Assembly (NCBI RefSeq): GCF_001194135.2
Contig: NC_069005.1
Coordinates: 2,358,277-2,422,276 of the forward strand
DNA from: Octopus bimaculoides
Lineage: Eukaryota
Length of the DNA stretch: 64,000 nt
Direction: 5' to 3'
Positions 1 through 12,879 of the stretch are shown one piece after another; within the stretch, counting starts at the first letter, position 1, and each line of letters opens with the position of its first letter. The position numbers were made by a program, and so were the translations under genes. A model generated the notes under the pieces. It was not told where the DNA came from. It saw only the letters and a list, made by a program, of their open reading frames with translations, and did no database searches.

Positions 1-460
1 GGGGGTGTCGTGAGGATGGTGGTGGTGAAGGTGGTAGTGTTACTTGTGGCGATGGTGGTTGTAGTAGTAGTAGTAGTAGTAGAGGTAATAGAAGACAGGT
101 GTTGGAGTTGTGATTATCTTTGCTGCTGCTGCTGCTGATGATGATGGCGTGGTGGTAGTAATGGTAATGAGAAGATGGAGTAGGAAGATAGTGTATATGA
201 TGATGATGATGATGATGGTGGTGATGGTGGTGGTGACGACGACGACGACAACTACGATTACGACGACGATGATGATGGTGTAGTAGAAAAGGATTCCAAG
301 ATAGATTAAAGAGATGTCAAAGGATTAACCAAATGATTCTCTTGCGATAATTCTTCAGGGAGATGATGTAGTCTTTATGCTTTTTTTATTAAGGCTGCGT
401 GCCTTAAATATGCTGACACCCATTTTACATACTGTAGCAGCAGTAGTAGTAGTAGTAATG

Positions 461-503
<43 letters not shown>

Positions 504-535
504 CAGCAGTAGTAGTAGTTGTTGCTGTTGTCGTT
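1..535. repeat. Compound trinucleotide microsatellite (GGT/GTA/GAT/GAC/GCT)n
   Basis: Direct reading: runs such as (gta)n at 61-80 and 440-520, (gat)n and (gac)n at 200-280. Confidence 0.95.
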
Positions 536-1759
536 TAAACACCACCTCTCCGTTCCGATCTCAAATTTGTTCAAGCAGATCCGTCAGCGAAAATATTCAA
601 ACTATGATCATACAGTTTTCGTTTTGGTTTGTGAATAGTGTAGCTAGGAATACATTATCTAATGTGACTCTTTCTTGGAACAATATATATATATATATAT
701 ATATANNNNNNNNNNNNNNNNNNNNNNNNNNNNNNNNNNNNNNNNNNNNNNNNNNNNNNNNNNNNNNNNNNNNNNNNNNNNNNNNNNNNNNNNNNNNNNN
801 NNNNNNNNNNNNNNNNNNNNNNNNNNNNNNNNNNNNNNNNNNNNNNNNNNNNNNNNNNNNNNNNNNNNNNNNNNNNNNNNNNNNNNNNNNNNNNNNNNNN
901 NNNNNNNNNNNNNNNNNNNNNNNNNNNNNNNNNNNNNNNNNNNNNNNNNNNNNNNNNNNNNNNNNNNNNNNNNNNNNNNNNNNNNNNNNNNNNNNNNNNN
1001 NNNNNNNNNNNNNNNNNNNNNNNNNNNNNNNNNNNNNNNNNNNNNNNNNNNNNNNNNNNNNNNNNNNNNNNNNNNNNNNNNNNNNNNNNNNNNNNNNNNN
1101 NNNNNNNNNNNNNNNNNNNNNNNNNNNNNNNNNNNNNNNNNNNNNNNNNNNNNNNNNNNNNNNNNNNNNNNNNNNNNNNNNNNNNNNNNNNNNNNNNNNN
1201 NNNNNNNNNNNNNNNNNNNNNNNNNNNNNNNNNNNNNNNNNNNNNNNNNNNNNNNNNNNNNNNNNNNNNNNNNNNNNNNNNNNNNNNNNNNNNNNNNNNN
1301 NNNNNNNNNNNNNNNNNNNNNNNNNNNNNNNNNNNNNNNNNNNNNNNNNNNNNNNNNNNNNNNNNNNNNNNNNNNNNNNNNNNNNNNNNNNNNNNNNNNN
1401 NNNNNNNNNNNNNNNNNNNNNNNNNNNNNNNNNNNNNNNNNNNNNNNNNNNNNNNNNNNNNNNNNNNNNNNNNNNNNNNNNNNNNNNNNNNNNNNNNNNN
1501 NNNNNNNNNNNNNNNNNNNNNNNNNNNNNNNNNNNNNNNNNNNNNNNNNNNNNNNNNNNNNNNNNNNNNNNNNNNNNNNNNNNNNNNNNNNNNNNNNNNN
1601 NNNNNNNNNNNNNNNNNNNNNNNNTATACATATATATATACACACACACACACATACGTATACATATATATATACACACACACACACACATACGTATACA
1701 TATATATATACACACACACACACACATACGTATACATATATATATATACACACACACAC

Positions 1760-1797
<38 letters not shown>

Positions 1798-2433
1798 TAT
1801 ACATACATATATACTAATGCACTAATCATGAAATCATATGATCTGCAGCTGAATCTGTTTTTCAAAGGCTCGCTCAGAGAGTTGCCTTCCCTCGCGTTCG
1901 GTAAAAATGTGTTCATTATAGTAGTTTTGACTTTAAGAGTCCCGCCTAGCGTGGGGCCTTTATGTATAGTAATGCCCTTAATATATATAAATATTATTGA
2001 TGTGATCGACCATCCCCCTCCCTCGAAATTTCAGGTTTTGTGCCTATAGTAGAAAAAATTCCTAACAGGGATCAGTAATGTTAACCCTTAGAGGTGACGC
2101 TGTATATAGCACGGCAGAAATCTAGCAACTGAGAAAACATTAAAAGATTAAGAAGATGAAAAAAAATTACTAAAAGGTGATTAATAACAACTTCCATTCT
2201 TTACTTGTAAAGAACGAAAGTAAACTAAGGGAAGTAACTTTCGGGTAAGAGTGGTTCCCCTTTAAAGTTGATTATAACATGGGAGCCTTGTTGACTCCTG
2301 TTTCGTCACTAAAAGCAGTAGATATACATGCACACACACACACACATATATACACATATGTATATACATATATACACACACACATACACACACATATTTA
2401 CATATGTATATGTATGTATGTATGTATGTATGC

Positions 2434-2485
<52 letters not shown>

Positions 2486-3326
2486 NNNNNNNNNNNNNNN
2501 NNNNNNNNNNNNNNNNNNNNNNNNNNNNNNNNNNNNNNNNNNNNNNNNNNNNNNNNNNNNNNNNNNNNNNNNNNNNNNNNNNNNNNNNNNNNNNNNNNNN
2601 NNNNNNNNNNNNNNNNNNNNNNNNNNNNNNNNNNNNNNNNNNNNNNNNNNNNNNNNNNNNNNNNNNNNNNNNNNNNNNNNNNNNNNNNNNNNNNNNNNNN
2701 NNNNNNNNNNNNNNNNNNNNNNNNNNNNNNNNNNNNNNNNNNNNNNNNNNNNNNNNNNNNNNNNNNNNNNNNNNNNNNNNNNNNNNNNNNNNNNNNNNNN
2801 NNNNNNNNNNNNNNNNNNNNNNNNNNNNNNNNNNNNNNNNNNNNNNNNNNNNNNNNNNNNNNNNNNNNNNNNNNNNNNNNNNNNNNNNNNNNNNNNNNNN
2901 NNNNNNNNNNNNNNNNNNNNNNNNNNNNNNNNNNNNNNNNNNNNNNNNNNNNNNNNNNNNNNNNNNNNNNNNNNNNNNNNNNNNNNNNNNNNNNNNNNNN
3001 NNNNNNNNNNNNNNNNNNNNNNNNNNNNNNNNNNNNNNNNNNNNNNNNNNNNNNNNNNNNNNNNNNNNNNNNNNNNNNNNNNNNNNNNNNNNNNNNNNNN
3101 NNNNNNNNNNNNNNNNNNNNNNNNNNNNNNNNNNNNNNNNNNNNNNNNNNNNNNNTATGCATATGTAAATTAACAGGTCTACATACAGACGGGTAGGTAC
3201 ATAGGGTATATGAACAGACAACCACATACACAAATAGAGACTGAAACACATGGCCACATAAACACACACACTTGTCTACACATATGAAGATGTGCACCCA
3301 TACATGCAAACATGGTACATAGCAGC

Positions 3327-3376
<50 letters not shown>

Positions 3377-4649
3377 GAGACAGAGGTACATACATACATA
3401 CATATACACACATGCACACACATACATAAAAAAGAAAAAAACAAAAAGAACAGACACACACACAAATGCAGAATACATACATACATGCAAACACACACAT
3501 ACATACATATATACATACACACACATACATACATATATACATGTGCGCACACACAGATACACACACACATGCACACATACATACATGCATACATACATGC
3601 ACACATACGCATGCGCAAAAACAAAAAAAAAAAGCAATAACAGAACGCAACGTAAACAACGGACAGAGTTAAGACTATTGAAAAGGTTGCAAGACGCAAC
3701 GAAAATTTTAGGAAAATAAAAATAAGGGCTCTTTTTTAAAACGGGGGCCACATTTTTCATTAATGTTTTACGTAGTGTTTTTGGTACCGAAAGACTTTCA
3801 AACTTCGTATACTAATCTATTTTGTGTTATAGAACAGAAAAATATTTTTGTATTCGAATTTATTTCATGTAAAAAATTCGTCTTATNNNNNNNNNNNNNN
3901 NNNNNNNNNNNNNNNNNNNNNNNNNNNNNNNNNNNNNNNNNNNNNNNNNNNNNNNNNNNNNNNNNNNNNNNNNNNNNNNNNNNNNNNNNNNNNNNNNNNN
4001 NNNNNNNNNNNNNNNNNNNNNNNNNNNNNNNNNNNNNNNNNNNNNNNNNNNNNNNNNNNNNNNNNNNNNNNNNNNNNNNNNNNNNNNNNNNNNNNNNNNN
4101 NNNNNNNNNNNNNNNNNNNNNNNNNNNNNNNNNNNNNNNNNNNNNNNNNNNNNNNNNNNNNNNNNNNNNNNNNNNNNNNNNNNNNNNNNNNNNNNNNNNN
4201 NNNNNNNNNNNNNNNNNNNNNNNNNNNNNNNNNNNNNNNNNNNNNNNNNNNNNNNNNNNNNNNNNNNNNNNNNNNNNNNNNNNNNNNNNNNNNNNNNNNN
4301 NNNNNNNNNNNNNNNNNNNNNNNNNNNNNNNNNNNNNNNNNNNNNNNNNNNNNNNNNNNNNNNNNNNNNNNNNNNNNNNNNNNNNNNNNNNNNNNNNNNN
4401 NNNNNNNNNNNNNNNNNNNNNNNNNNNNNNNNNNNNNNNNNNNNNNNNNNNNNNNNNNNNNNNNNNNNNNNNNNNNNNNNNNNNNNNNNNNNNNNNNNNN
4501 NNNNNNNNNNNNNNNNNNNNNNNNNNNNNNNNNNNNNNNNNNNNNNNNNNNNNNNNNNNNNNNNNNNNNNNNNNNNNNNNNNNNNNNNNNNNNNNNNNNN
4601 NNNNNNNNNNNNTGTTTTAGTCATTGGACTGCGCCCATGCTGAAGCACC

Positions 4650-5575
4650 GTCAAACATTTCAGCTCCAGAACTAATCGATGATTCGTGCTGGTTTTGAAA
4701 GCGCCGACGACATGACAGCCGTGCAATGCTTTATGAAGGCTTTGAAGACAGTAAGAGGTGACATGGACTGCTGCAATAGGAAGTACGAGGCCGTGGCTAG
4801 CAGGAAGGGACACAGCAGGTTTTCTGACAGCGTCTGCACGCCGGAGGTCATCTAGCAACTGCACGGACAAGGTAATGAAAGATCAGAGCAAGGGAATCCG
4901 AGCTTTGTCGAAAGTGGTGGGTGTCGGAGTCGCCAGCATGAAGTTGGTCCTAAATGAGAACATTTGCTGCCACCCGTACAAGATTTGCACGCGAAATATT
5001 CTGACAGGTCAAGGAAAACCACTTGACGAAGGCAAAGAGACTTCAGAACAAACTGAGACATCCTGATCGGCTGGAGATGAGTTGGCTCTTCTCAAATGAA
5101 AAGAACTTCTGCCAAGACAGTTGCAGAACACCCAGAACAACAGGTAGCTTGCCTGTAATCCATGTGGTCACACGCGGGTTTTGGATGTGTCTTTAGTAAG
5201 GGTGACGTTATACCGTCCATCATCCTTCAACAGGATCATAGATTCAATTCACTCTGGCTTATGAAGCTGTTGGATAATGTGTTTAAACTCTGACTGGAGA
5301 AGGTTGCTCCTGGAAGGCCGTATTTGTGTGAGTAGGATTTGGCTCCTAACCATATATTCGGAAAGAGTCACAAGTGGTTGTAGGAGAATTTCTACGACTC
5401 CAACAGCCCCGATTTCTGGCTTCTTAATTTCCCTTATTATAATCCCATAGATTACCATGTGTGGTATGAAGTTGAGAAAGACACCAAGGGCTCTGTCTGA
5501 AAACCCAAATCTGAGCTGGTGGTCAAAATCAAGTAGGTGCTCGAAAATCTTCCCAGGGATACATGAGCCTCGTTC
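4650..5575 (+). mobile_element. Decayed Tc1/mariner-superfamily transposase, DD37D (maT) type
   Basis: Manual translation gives WLFSNEKNF (first D mutated to N at 5095) ... LEKVAPGRPYLCE*DLAPNH...KWL*ENFYD...NPIDYHVWYEVEKDT. The second D is at 5336 and the third at 5450, with 37 residues between them. Multiple stops and frameshifts. Confidence 0.88.
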
Positions 5576-5613
5576 GGAGCCATCTATCTAGTTAGCTAGC
5601 TAGCTACCTAGAT

Positions 5614-6027
5614 AGCGCAGGCGTTGCTGAGTGGTAAGAAGCTCACTTCCCAATCACATGATTCCATGTTCAGTCCCACTGTGTGGCACCTTGGTCAAGT
5701 GTCTTCTACGATAGCCACAAGCCCACTTAAACCTTGTGAATGGATTTCGTAGACGGAAGCTGGAACAAGCCCGTCGTAGTTGCTTGAGTGTATGTGTGTC
5801 TTTGTGTCTGTTTGTTTCCCCATCACAGCTTGACAGCAATTGCTGGTATGCTTTAGCCCCCGTAACTTAGTGCTTCGGTAAAACAGTCCGATAGAACAAG
5901 TCCTAGGCTTACAAACGATAAGTTCTAGGGTTGATTTGCTCGACTAAACTTCTTCAAGGCGGTGCTCCAGCATGACCGCAGTCAAATGACTGAAACGAGT
6001 AAAAGAATGAAGGAATAAAAGAATAAA
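5614..6027 (+). mobile_element. Full-length tRNA-derived SINE, family A (head ggcgcaggcgtggctgtgtggtaagaag; internal microsatellite; tail ...gactgaaacaagtaaaagaataaaag)
   Basis: A-box/B-box-like head (gagtggtaagaagc...ttcagtccc), ccttggtcaagtgtcttct core, conserved tail; homologous copies throughout the window. Confidence 0.9.
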
Positions 6028-6984
6028 CATACATACATACACAATGACAGAAACTGACAGATAGAAAACGGAATACACGGGTACCTTTATTGCTCACAAC
6101 GATCATTTAAACACATCCTGCATCGACCCCTCGCAGATGGGAGACTATAGAACAATAGAACAAGCTGTGCTGCATCCCTCGGTCTAGAAGAGTATCGTCA
6201 GGTGATGTAATAAGAGAGATCTCGTTAAACGAACTCGGTTTCGGTCGGATTTAATACAGCATGTTGTTAGCGTCTGTAGGTTTAATCCGTTAGCCAGGAA
6301 CGCCACCTGATGAGACGTCCGTGCACCGAGGGACGCACCACAACTAGTTGCGTGGTTTCCTAATCCGCGTGGGATCGATGCAGGATGCGTATGCGAATTT
6401 TTGAGGGAGATCAAGCTATAGTTGTGTAATTACAGATAGCCATAGACAATGAACGTGACCCCACACTTAAAGATAAGTATACACACGCGCGCGTGCGTGC
6501 GTGCGAATAAACCACTCTGCAACACGTTGGATGGGGAGAATCCTCATCACAAATTGGGGGCTGACACAAGGGAGCCAAGAAACGAACGTCTACGATATTG
6601 TGGTTTCTATACTCTAAACTCGTGGCCACAGATGTAACATACGTATTCAAAAACTATTACTACTATTACTACAACTATTACTACTTCTACAATTACTACT
6701 ACTACTACTCTACCTCTATCTCCTCTTTCTTTCTGTCCGTCTGCCTACTCTCCGTCTGTCTGTCTCTCTCTGCGTTTGTCTGTCTGTTATATTGTCCGTC
6801 TGTCTGTCTGTCTCTCTCCTTCAGCATAAGTGTCTTTGTAGTTTAATGCAAATTTTTCAACTTTTTACCCCACCACCAAGTATATTATTGCACAAGAAAG
6901 ATAACTCGCGACAAATAATTGAGAGTTACTTCCCTTGAAAGTTTAAATTATAAAATTTAACGTAGATTAACTAATATTGCATTC

Positions 6985-7119
6985 CAAGTTTGACACAAGG
7001 CCAGATATTTCAGGTAAGAGGTTATTTCTGCTTCACCGACCCCAGTGTTCAACTGGTACCTACTTTATCGACCTCGAAAGGAAGAAAGGCAAATTCGACC
7101 CCGGAGGAATTTGAACACA

Positions 7120-7122
<3 letters not shown>
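6985..7122 (-). mobile_element. SINE family B, 5'-truncated
   Basis: Reverse complement matches the family B body (ttctgtgttcaaattcc...gtcgaatttgcc...ggggtcg) seen intact at 24593 and 34687. Confidence 0.85.
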
Positions 7123-7156
<34 letters not shown>

Positions 7157-7724
7157 TGTAGTATATTGTCAACTTAATGTGACAATCCCAATAAGGGAAT
7201 ACACTACTGCTGTTTAGCCCTAGGAAGCTGGACCGCTTCCTGTCGGCCTTGACACAATTACTGTGTCCTTAAGTTTGTGCTGATTTAGAAATATATTTCT
7301 AATTTTGCTGATCAGTGAATGAATTTCACTATGATTTACATAAGTTTGTGAAGGAGAAACAGGCTTCTTTNNNNNNNNNNNNNNNNNNNNNNNNNNNNNN
7401 NNNNNNNNNNNNNNNNNNNNNNNNNNNNNNNNNNNNNNNNNNNNNNNNNNNNNNNNNNNNNNNNNNNNNNNNNNNNNNNNNNNNNNNNNNNNNNNNNNNN
7501 NNNNNNNNNNNNNNNNNNNNNNNNNNNNNNNNNNNNNNNNNNNNNNNNNNNNNNNNNNNNNNNNNNNNNNNNNNNNNNNNNNNNNNNNNNNNNNNNNNNN
7601 NNNNNNNNNNNNNNNNNNNNNNNNNNNNNNNNNNNNNNNNNNNNNNNNNNNNNNNNNNNNNNNNNNNNNNNNNNNNNNNNNNNNNNNNNNNNNNNNNNNG
7701 CGCCTATATATTTATATATATATT

Positions 7725-8122
7725 TTTATTCTTTTATTTGTTTCAGTCATTTGAATGCGGCTATGCTAGAGCACCGCCTTTAGTCGAGCAAATCGACCCC
7801 AGGACTTATTCCTTGGAAGCCTAGTACTTATTCTATCGGTCTCTTTTGCCGAACCGCTAAGTTGCGGAGACGTAAACACACCAGCATCGGTTGTCAAGCG
7901 ATGCTGGGGGAACAAACACAGACACACAAACATATACACGCACATACATATATATATACGACGGGCTTCTTTCAGTTTCCATCTACCAAATTCACTCAAG
8001 GCTTTGGTCGGCCCGAGGCTATAGTAGAAGACACTTGCCCAAGGTGCCACGCAGTAGGACTGAGCCCGGAACCATGTGGTTTGTAAGCAAGCTACTTACC
8101 ACACAGCCACTTCTGCGCCTAT
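7725..8122 (-). mobile_element. SINE family A, full length
   Basis: Reverse complement of the 5614-6027 element, including head (...accacacagccacttctgcgcc) and tail. Confidence 0.92.
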
Positions 8123-8139
8123 ATATTTATATATATATT

Positions 8140-8500
8140 TTTATTCTTTTATTTGTTTCAGTCATTTGAATGCGGCTATGCTAGAGCACCGCCTTTAATG
8201 GAGGAAATCGATCCCAGGACTTATTCTTTGTAAGCCTAGTATTATTCTATCGGATCCTTTTGCCGAACCGCTATGTTACAGGGACGTAAACACACCATCA
8301 TCGGTGGTCAAGCGATGTTGTGGGGACAAACAGACACACATATGCATATATATACGACGGGCTTCTTTAAGTTTCCGTTTACCAAATCCACTCACGAGGC
8401 TTTGCTCGGCCCAAGGCTATAGTAGAAGATACTTGTCCAATGTGTCACGCAGTGGGACTAAACCTAGAACCGTGTGGTTGGTAAGGAAGCCCACAGCCAT
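8140..8500 (-). mobile_element. SINE family A, tandem with the previous copy
   Basis: Same organisation; head decayed near 8460-8500. Confidence 0.9.
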
Positions 8501-8605
8501 ATATATATATATATATACACACATATATACACACATATATACACACATACATACATATATACACACATACACACATACATACATACATACGTGCATGCGT
8601 GCGTG

Positions 8606-8650
<45 letters not shown>

Positions 8651-8651
<1 letters not shown>

Positions 8652-9022
8652 GAGGCGCAATGGCCCAGTGGTTAGGGCAGCGGACTCGGGGTCGTAGGAT
8701 CGCGGTTTCGATTCCCAGACCGGGCGTTGTTAGTGTTTTTTGAGCGAAAACACCTAATGCTCCACGAGGCTCTGGCAGGGGGTGGTGGCGAACTCTGCTG
8801 TACTCTTTCACCACAACTTTCACTCTTTCTTCCTGTTTCTCTTTTACATTTATTTCAAAGGGCCAGCCTTGTCACACTGTGTTACGCTGAGTATCCCCGA
8901 GAACTACGTTAAGGGTACACGTGTCTGTGGAGTGCTCAGCCACTTGCACGTTAATTTCACGAGCAGGCTGTTTCGTTGATCGGATCAACTGGAACCCTCG
9001 ACGTCGTAAGCGACGGAGTGCC
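8651..9022 (+). mobile_element. Full-length SINE family C with tRNA-Arg-like head (resembles octopus OR-type SINEs as recalled)
   Basis: Head ggaggcgcaatggcccagtggttagggcagcggactcggggtcgtaggatcgcggtttcgattccc has A and B boxes. The 3' end ...gtcgtaagcgacggagtgcc is shared with 17665-17860. Confidence 0.85.
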
Positions 9023-9031
9023 GACAAAATA

Positions 9032-9066
<35 letters not shown>

Positions 9067-9509
9067 TCGAAAAACGATTAAGATTGTTCATCATTTTTTC
9101 AGTCTGTGGAGAAATGGCTAAAATTTGCCCTGTTTATAATTATACCATATGTTGCATATATATATATATATATATGTATGGATATATTTACCCAACTAAC
9201 TTTTCTTGTTTGTGTTTCATTTTGTTTATCGTTTCTATTTTGTACAATGCACTTTGTGTTCTCTTAAACGCCCCAATCTTATTTCCGATGTATTTTCGGA
9301 TGTTCCGTTCGTATCTTCCCAATTTATCTCCACTTTTGGGATCTGACGATACTTTTATATCAGGGTTACTGTATCTCCCGGAATTACACTGCTGTTTTTG
9401 GTCGCCTCGTCTTGGGAATAGAGCACACGCGCAAACATGTACATATACGCACGCACGCATTCACACACGCACGAACACACACACGGACAAACATATATAT
9501 ATATATAAA

Positions 9510-9573
<64 letters not shown>

Positions 9574-9578
9574 TACAC

Positions 9579-9609
<31 letters not shown>

Positions 9610-9691
9610 TACATATGTGTACATACGCACACACACATATATATGTGTGCGTATATATATATATACACACGCATCTATATGCATACACACA

Positions 9692-9738
<47 letters not shown>

Positions 9739-10229
9739 TCACACACATACATACATACATACATACATTTATGCTAGAGTATAGATGTAGCAAAGTCTAA
9801 AAGTTTTGGAATAATTTTTCCTTCTTTTCCAAAATCCATTTATCTCTGCTCAATTTATTTACTTTGCCAATATTTTAACCAAATATTGATTCTATAGAAT
9901 TCTGGCTACGCAGCATTTTGCAGGCTATATTTTGGTAGTCTTCTTCAAGAATCAAAACTAGAACTACGCAATCCCCGTGGCCTCATGGGTACAGCTAACT
10001 TTTTTTTTTTTTTTTTTTTTCCATTGTTCGTAATCTTATATTTTGGGGATAAATATATCTTATAATGCTGTTCTTGTTTAACCCCAGGTCAGGTCTGAAC
10101 GAGGAGACTTATGATCAATATTATTTCAACCGTGACCAACACCTATATTTTCCACGTACTGCATCTTTGGAATTATTTTACTCAGTGTGATCGTTTTTCA
10201 AAGCTGGTTTGCTGTGGTGGGATAATGCT

Positions 10230-10830
10230 TTAGATCAGACTGAGACCGATCCTTAAATCGAAATTAAAGGGACGGAAAAAGATTGAAGCTATCAACACCT
10301 GGGAGGTTTCTCTTCTTAGATATGGAACTGGGGTAATCGTATGGACAGTAGACGAGCTAAACAGCTTAGTCAGAAAGACAAGGAAGTTGCTGACTAGATA
10401 TGGGATACTCCACCCAAAAAGTGGCTGCATGTACCAAGAAAAAGAGGAGGAAGAGGGCTGATTGGATGCGAACACAGCATTACAGCAAAAAAGTGGTATG
10501 AACATAAACCCGAAGGCATCATCGGAAATGATAATGCAAAGATCCTATGGGATTTTATGATTAGTGCGACCATGAAATAGAGAAAAGGAAATCAGATATA
10601 GTGTTAATTGAGAAAGAAAACAAACTATGCTGGAAGGTGTGCGATAAAGAAGAAAGAAAAGTCGATAGATATAACGGGTTAGCTTGGGAGGTTAAGCAGT
10701 TGTGGTCGATAAACAAGGTGGTAGTAGTACCAATAATTGTTGGGTCTCTGGGAACAGGGAGTAAAAATCTTGAGAAGTACATGGAACAAATAGGGGCTGC
10801 AATGAGGCATGCACTGCTCTCTTTCACTCA
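10230..10830 (+). mobile_element. R4/Dong-like LINE fragment (RT C-terminus plus restriction-like endonuclease), internally deleted
   Basis: Translates to KIEAINTW..SLLRYGTGVIVWT..EL..L.RKTRKLLT..G.LHPK, RKRGGRGL, KWYEHKPE..I.ND.AKILWDF, K.DIVLIEK, EERKVDRY, VVPIIVGSLG. Ends in (TAA)n. Confidence 0.85.
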
Positions 10831-10844
10831 ATAATAATAATAAT

Positions 10845-11082
10845 GGTTTCAAATTTTGCCACAAGTGCAGCAATTTAGAAGGAGGGGGGATGAGTCGATT
10901 ACATGGACCCCAGTACGCAAATGGCACTCAACTAGTATTCAACTGGTACTTAATTTAACGATCCCGAAACGGCTGAACGGCAAGGTCGACCCCGGCAGAA
11001 TTTGAACTCGGAACACAAAGACAGACGAAATACCGCTAAGTATTCACGTCCGGCGTGCTAACAATACTGTCAACACGCCACC
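10845..11082 (-). mobile_element. SINE family B
   Basis: Reverse complement of the family B consensus, from the head (ggtggcgtgttgacagtattgttagcacgcc) to the tail ending in (TTA)n. Confidence 0.88.
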
Positions 11083-11534
11083 TTAATAATAATAATAATA
11101 ATAATTAAATCATAATAATAATGATAATAATAATAATAATAATAATGATAAAACTAACAACAACACCCAAACACGGCGAGTATATAATCAACGAATGTAC
11201 TGTAGCTTATTTATGGTGAAATAAACAAGAGCGACCATTTAAAAACCCAACCGTGTTGTAATGTTTCGCTAGGATTTATTTCAAGTTGTCTTCATCATAA
11301 ACAAAAACTATAGCATTACCGATATTGGCCGACTAAATAACTGTTTGGGGAGTTGAAGAGACTTGCTCTAAAACAATATCGAGTGTCTAACCAGACTCGA
11401 CTTGTTGAAATTTAATTCGATTAGTTCGCCCATACTATATGTTTATCTGTTTTATATTATTGAATCGTACTGATTTTTTTTTTTTTACTATTTTTATTAT
11501 TTCATGTTTTATGTGTGCACGCACGTATACATGC

Positions 11535-11576
<42 letters not shown>

Positions 11577-11693
11577 CATACACACATATATATGTATATA
11601 TATGTACATATATATATGTATGTATATTTGCATAGATTTAAGTGTGTATTGATGTGTGTGAATGTATATATATTTATAAAAAATATAAGGATG

Positions 11694-11729
<36 letters not shown>

Positions 11730-11781
11730 TACTTAAGTGTACATACATATATATATAAATTTATACAAACATACAGACGTG

Positions 11782-11825
<44 letters not shown>

Positions 11826-11992
11826 TATATATACATATATGTATGTATATATAAATTTATATATATGTTTACATACATTTATATGTATATATTTGTATAC
11901 ATATATCTGCATATATGTACACATACATGTGTATATGCATATAAATATACATAGATATGTATGTACATATGTAACTAAATAAATAATCTTAT

Positions 11993-12043
<51 letters not shown>

Positions 12044-12829
12044 CACATTAATATGTATACACACATAAATACACACACTATGAATAAATATATGTAAACA
12101 TGTAGAAATACACACATACATGAATATATGTGTGTGTGTGTTTGTATATGTATGTATATATGTATATATTTATGTATATATATATATATGTATATATTTA
12201 TGTATATATATATATGTATATATTTATATATTTCCCGTTCTACCGGTGCATCAGAAAGTTTCGAATCGAATGAATTTGCGTGATTGTAATCAAGAAAATG
12301 AAGTCAGGGCTGTTCTGCCATAAACACCACCCCTCTCTCCAGAGTGTACTCAAGACTACCCGGGAGTATGCGTCTAGTTTAATCAAACGTTTTTTTAAGT
12401 GTTTTAGAAATGTAATTCTGGGTAATCAATATGTCTGTCAATTAATTGTTTATTGTTATTATTATTATTGCTGTTTTCATTATTTTTGTTGTTATAGTTA
12501 TTGTTGTTGTTACTATTATTATTACTATTATTATTATTATTTTTTTTGGTTTTAAATACCAACAATGGAGAAAGAAGGACGCTCATTCATTACTTCAAAC
12601 TGACTGAACATTTTCGTAATGTTTATTTAGGAGAAAACTCAATCAGTCTAATTGGACGCATTGAATTACTGGTACACACATACACACATACACACCTATA
12701 CATTTACAAATAAATAAGTAATNNNNNNNNNNNNNNNNNNNNNNNNNNNNNNNNNNNNNNNNNNNNNNNNNNNNNNNNNNNNNNNNNNNNNNNNNNNNNN
12801 NNNNNNNNNNNNNNNNNNNNNNTACATAC

Positions 12830-12865
<36 letters not shown>

Positions 12866-12879
12866 GTGTGTGTGTATCT

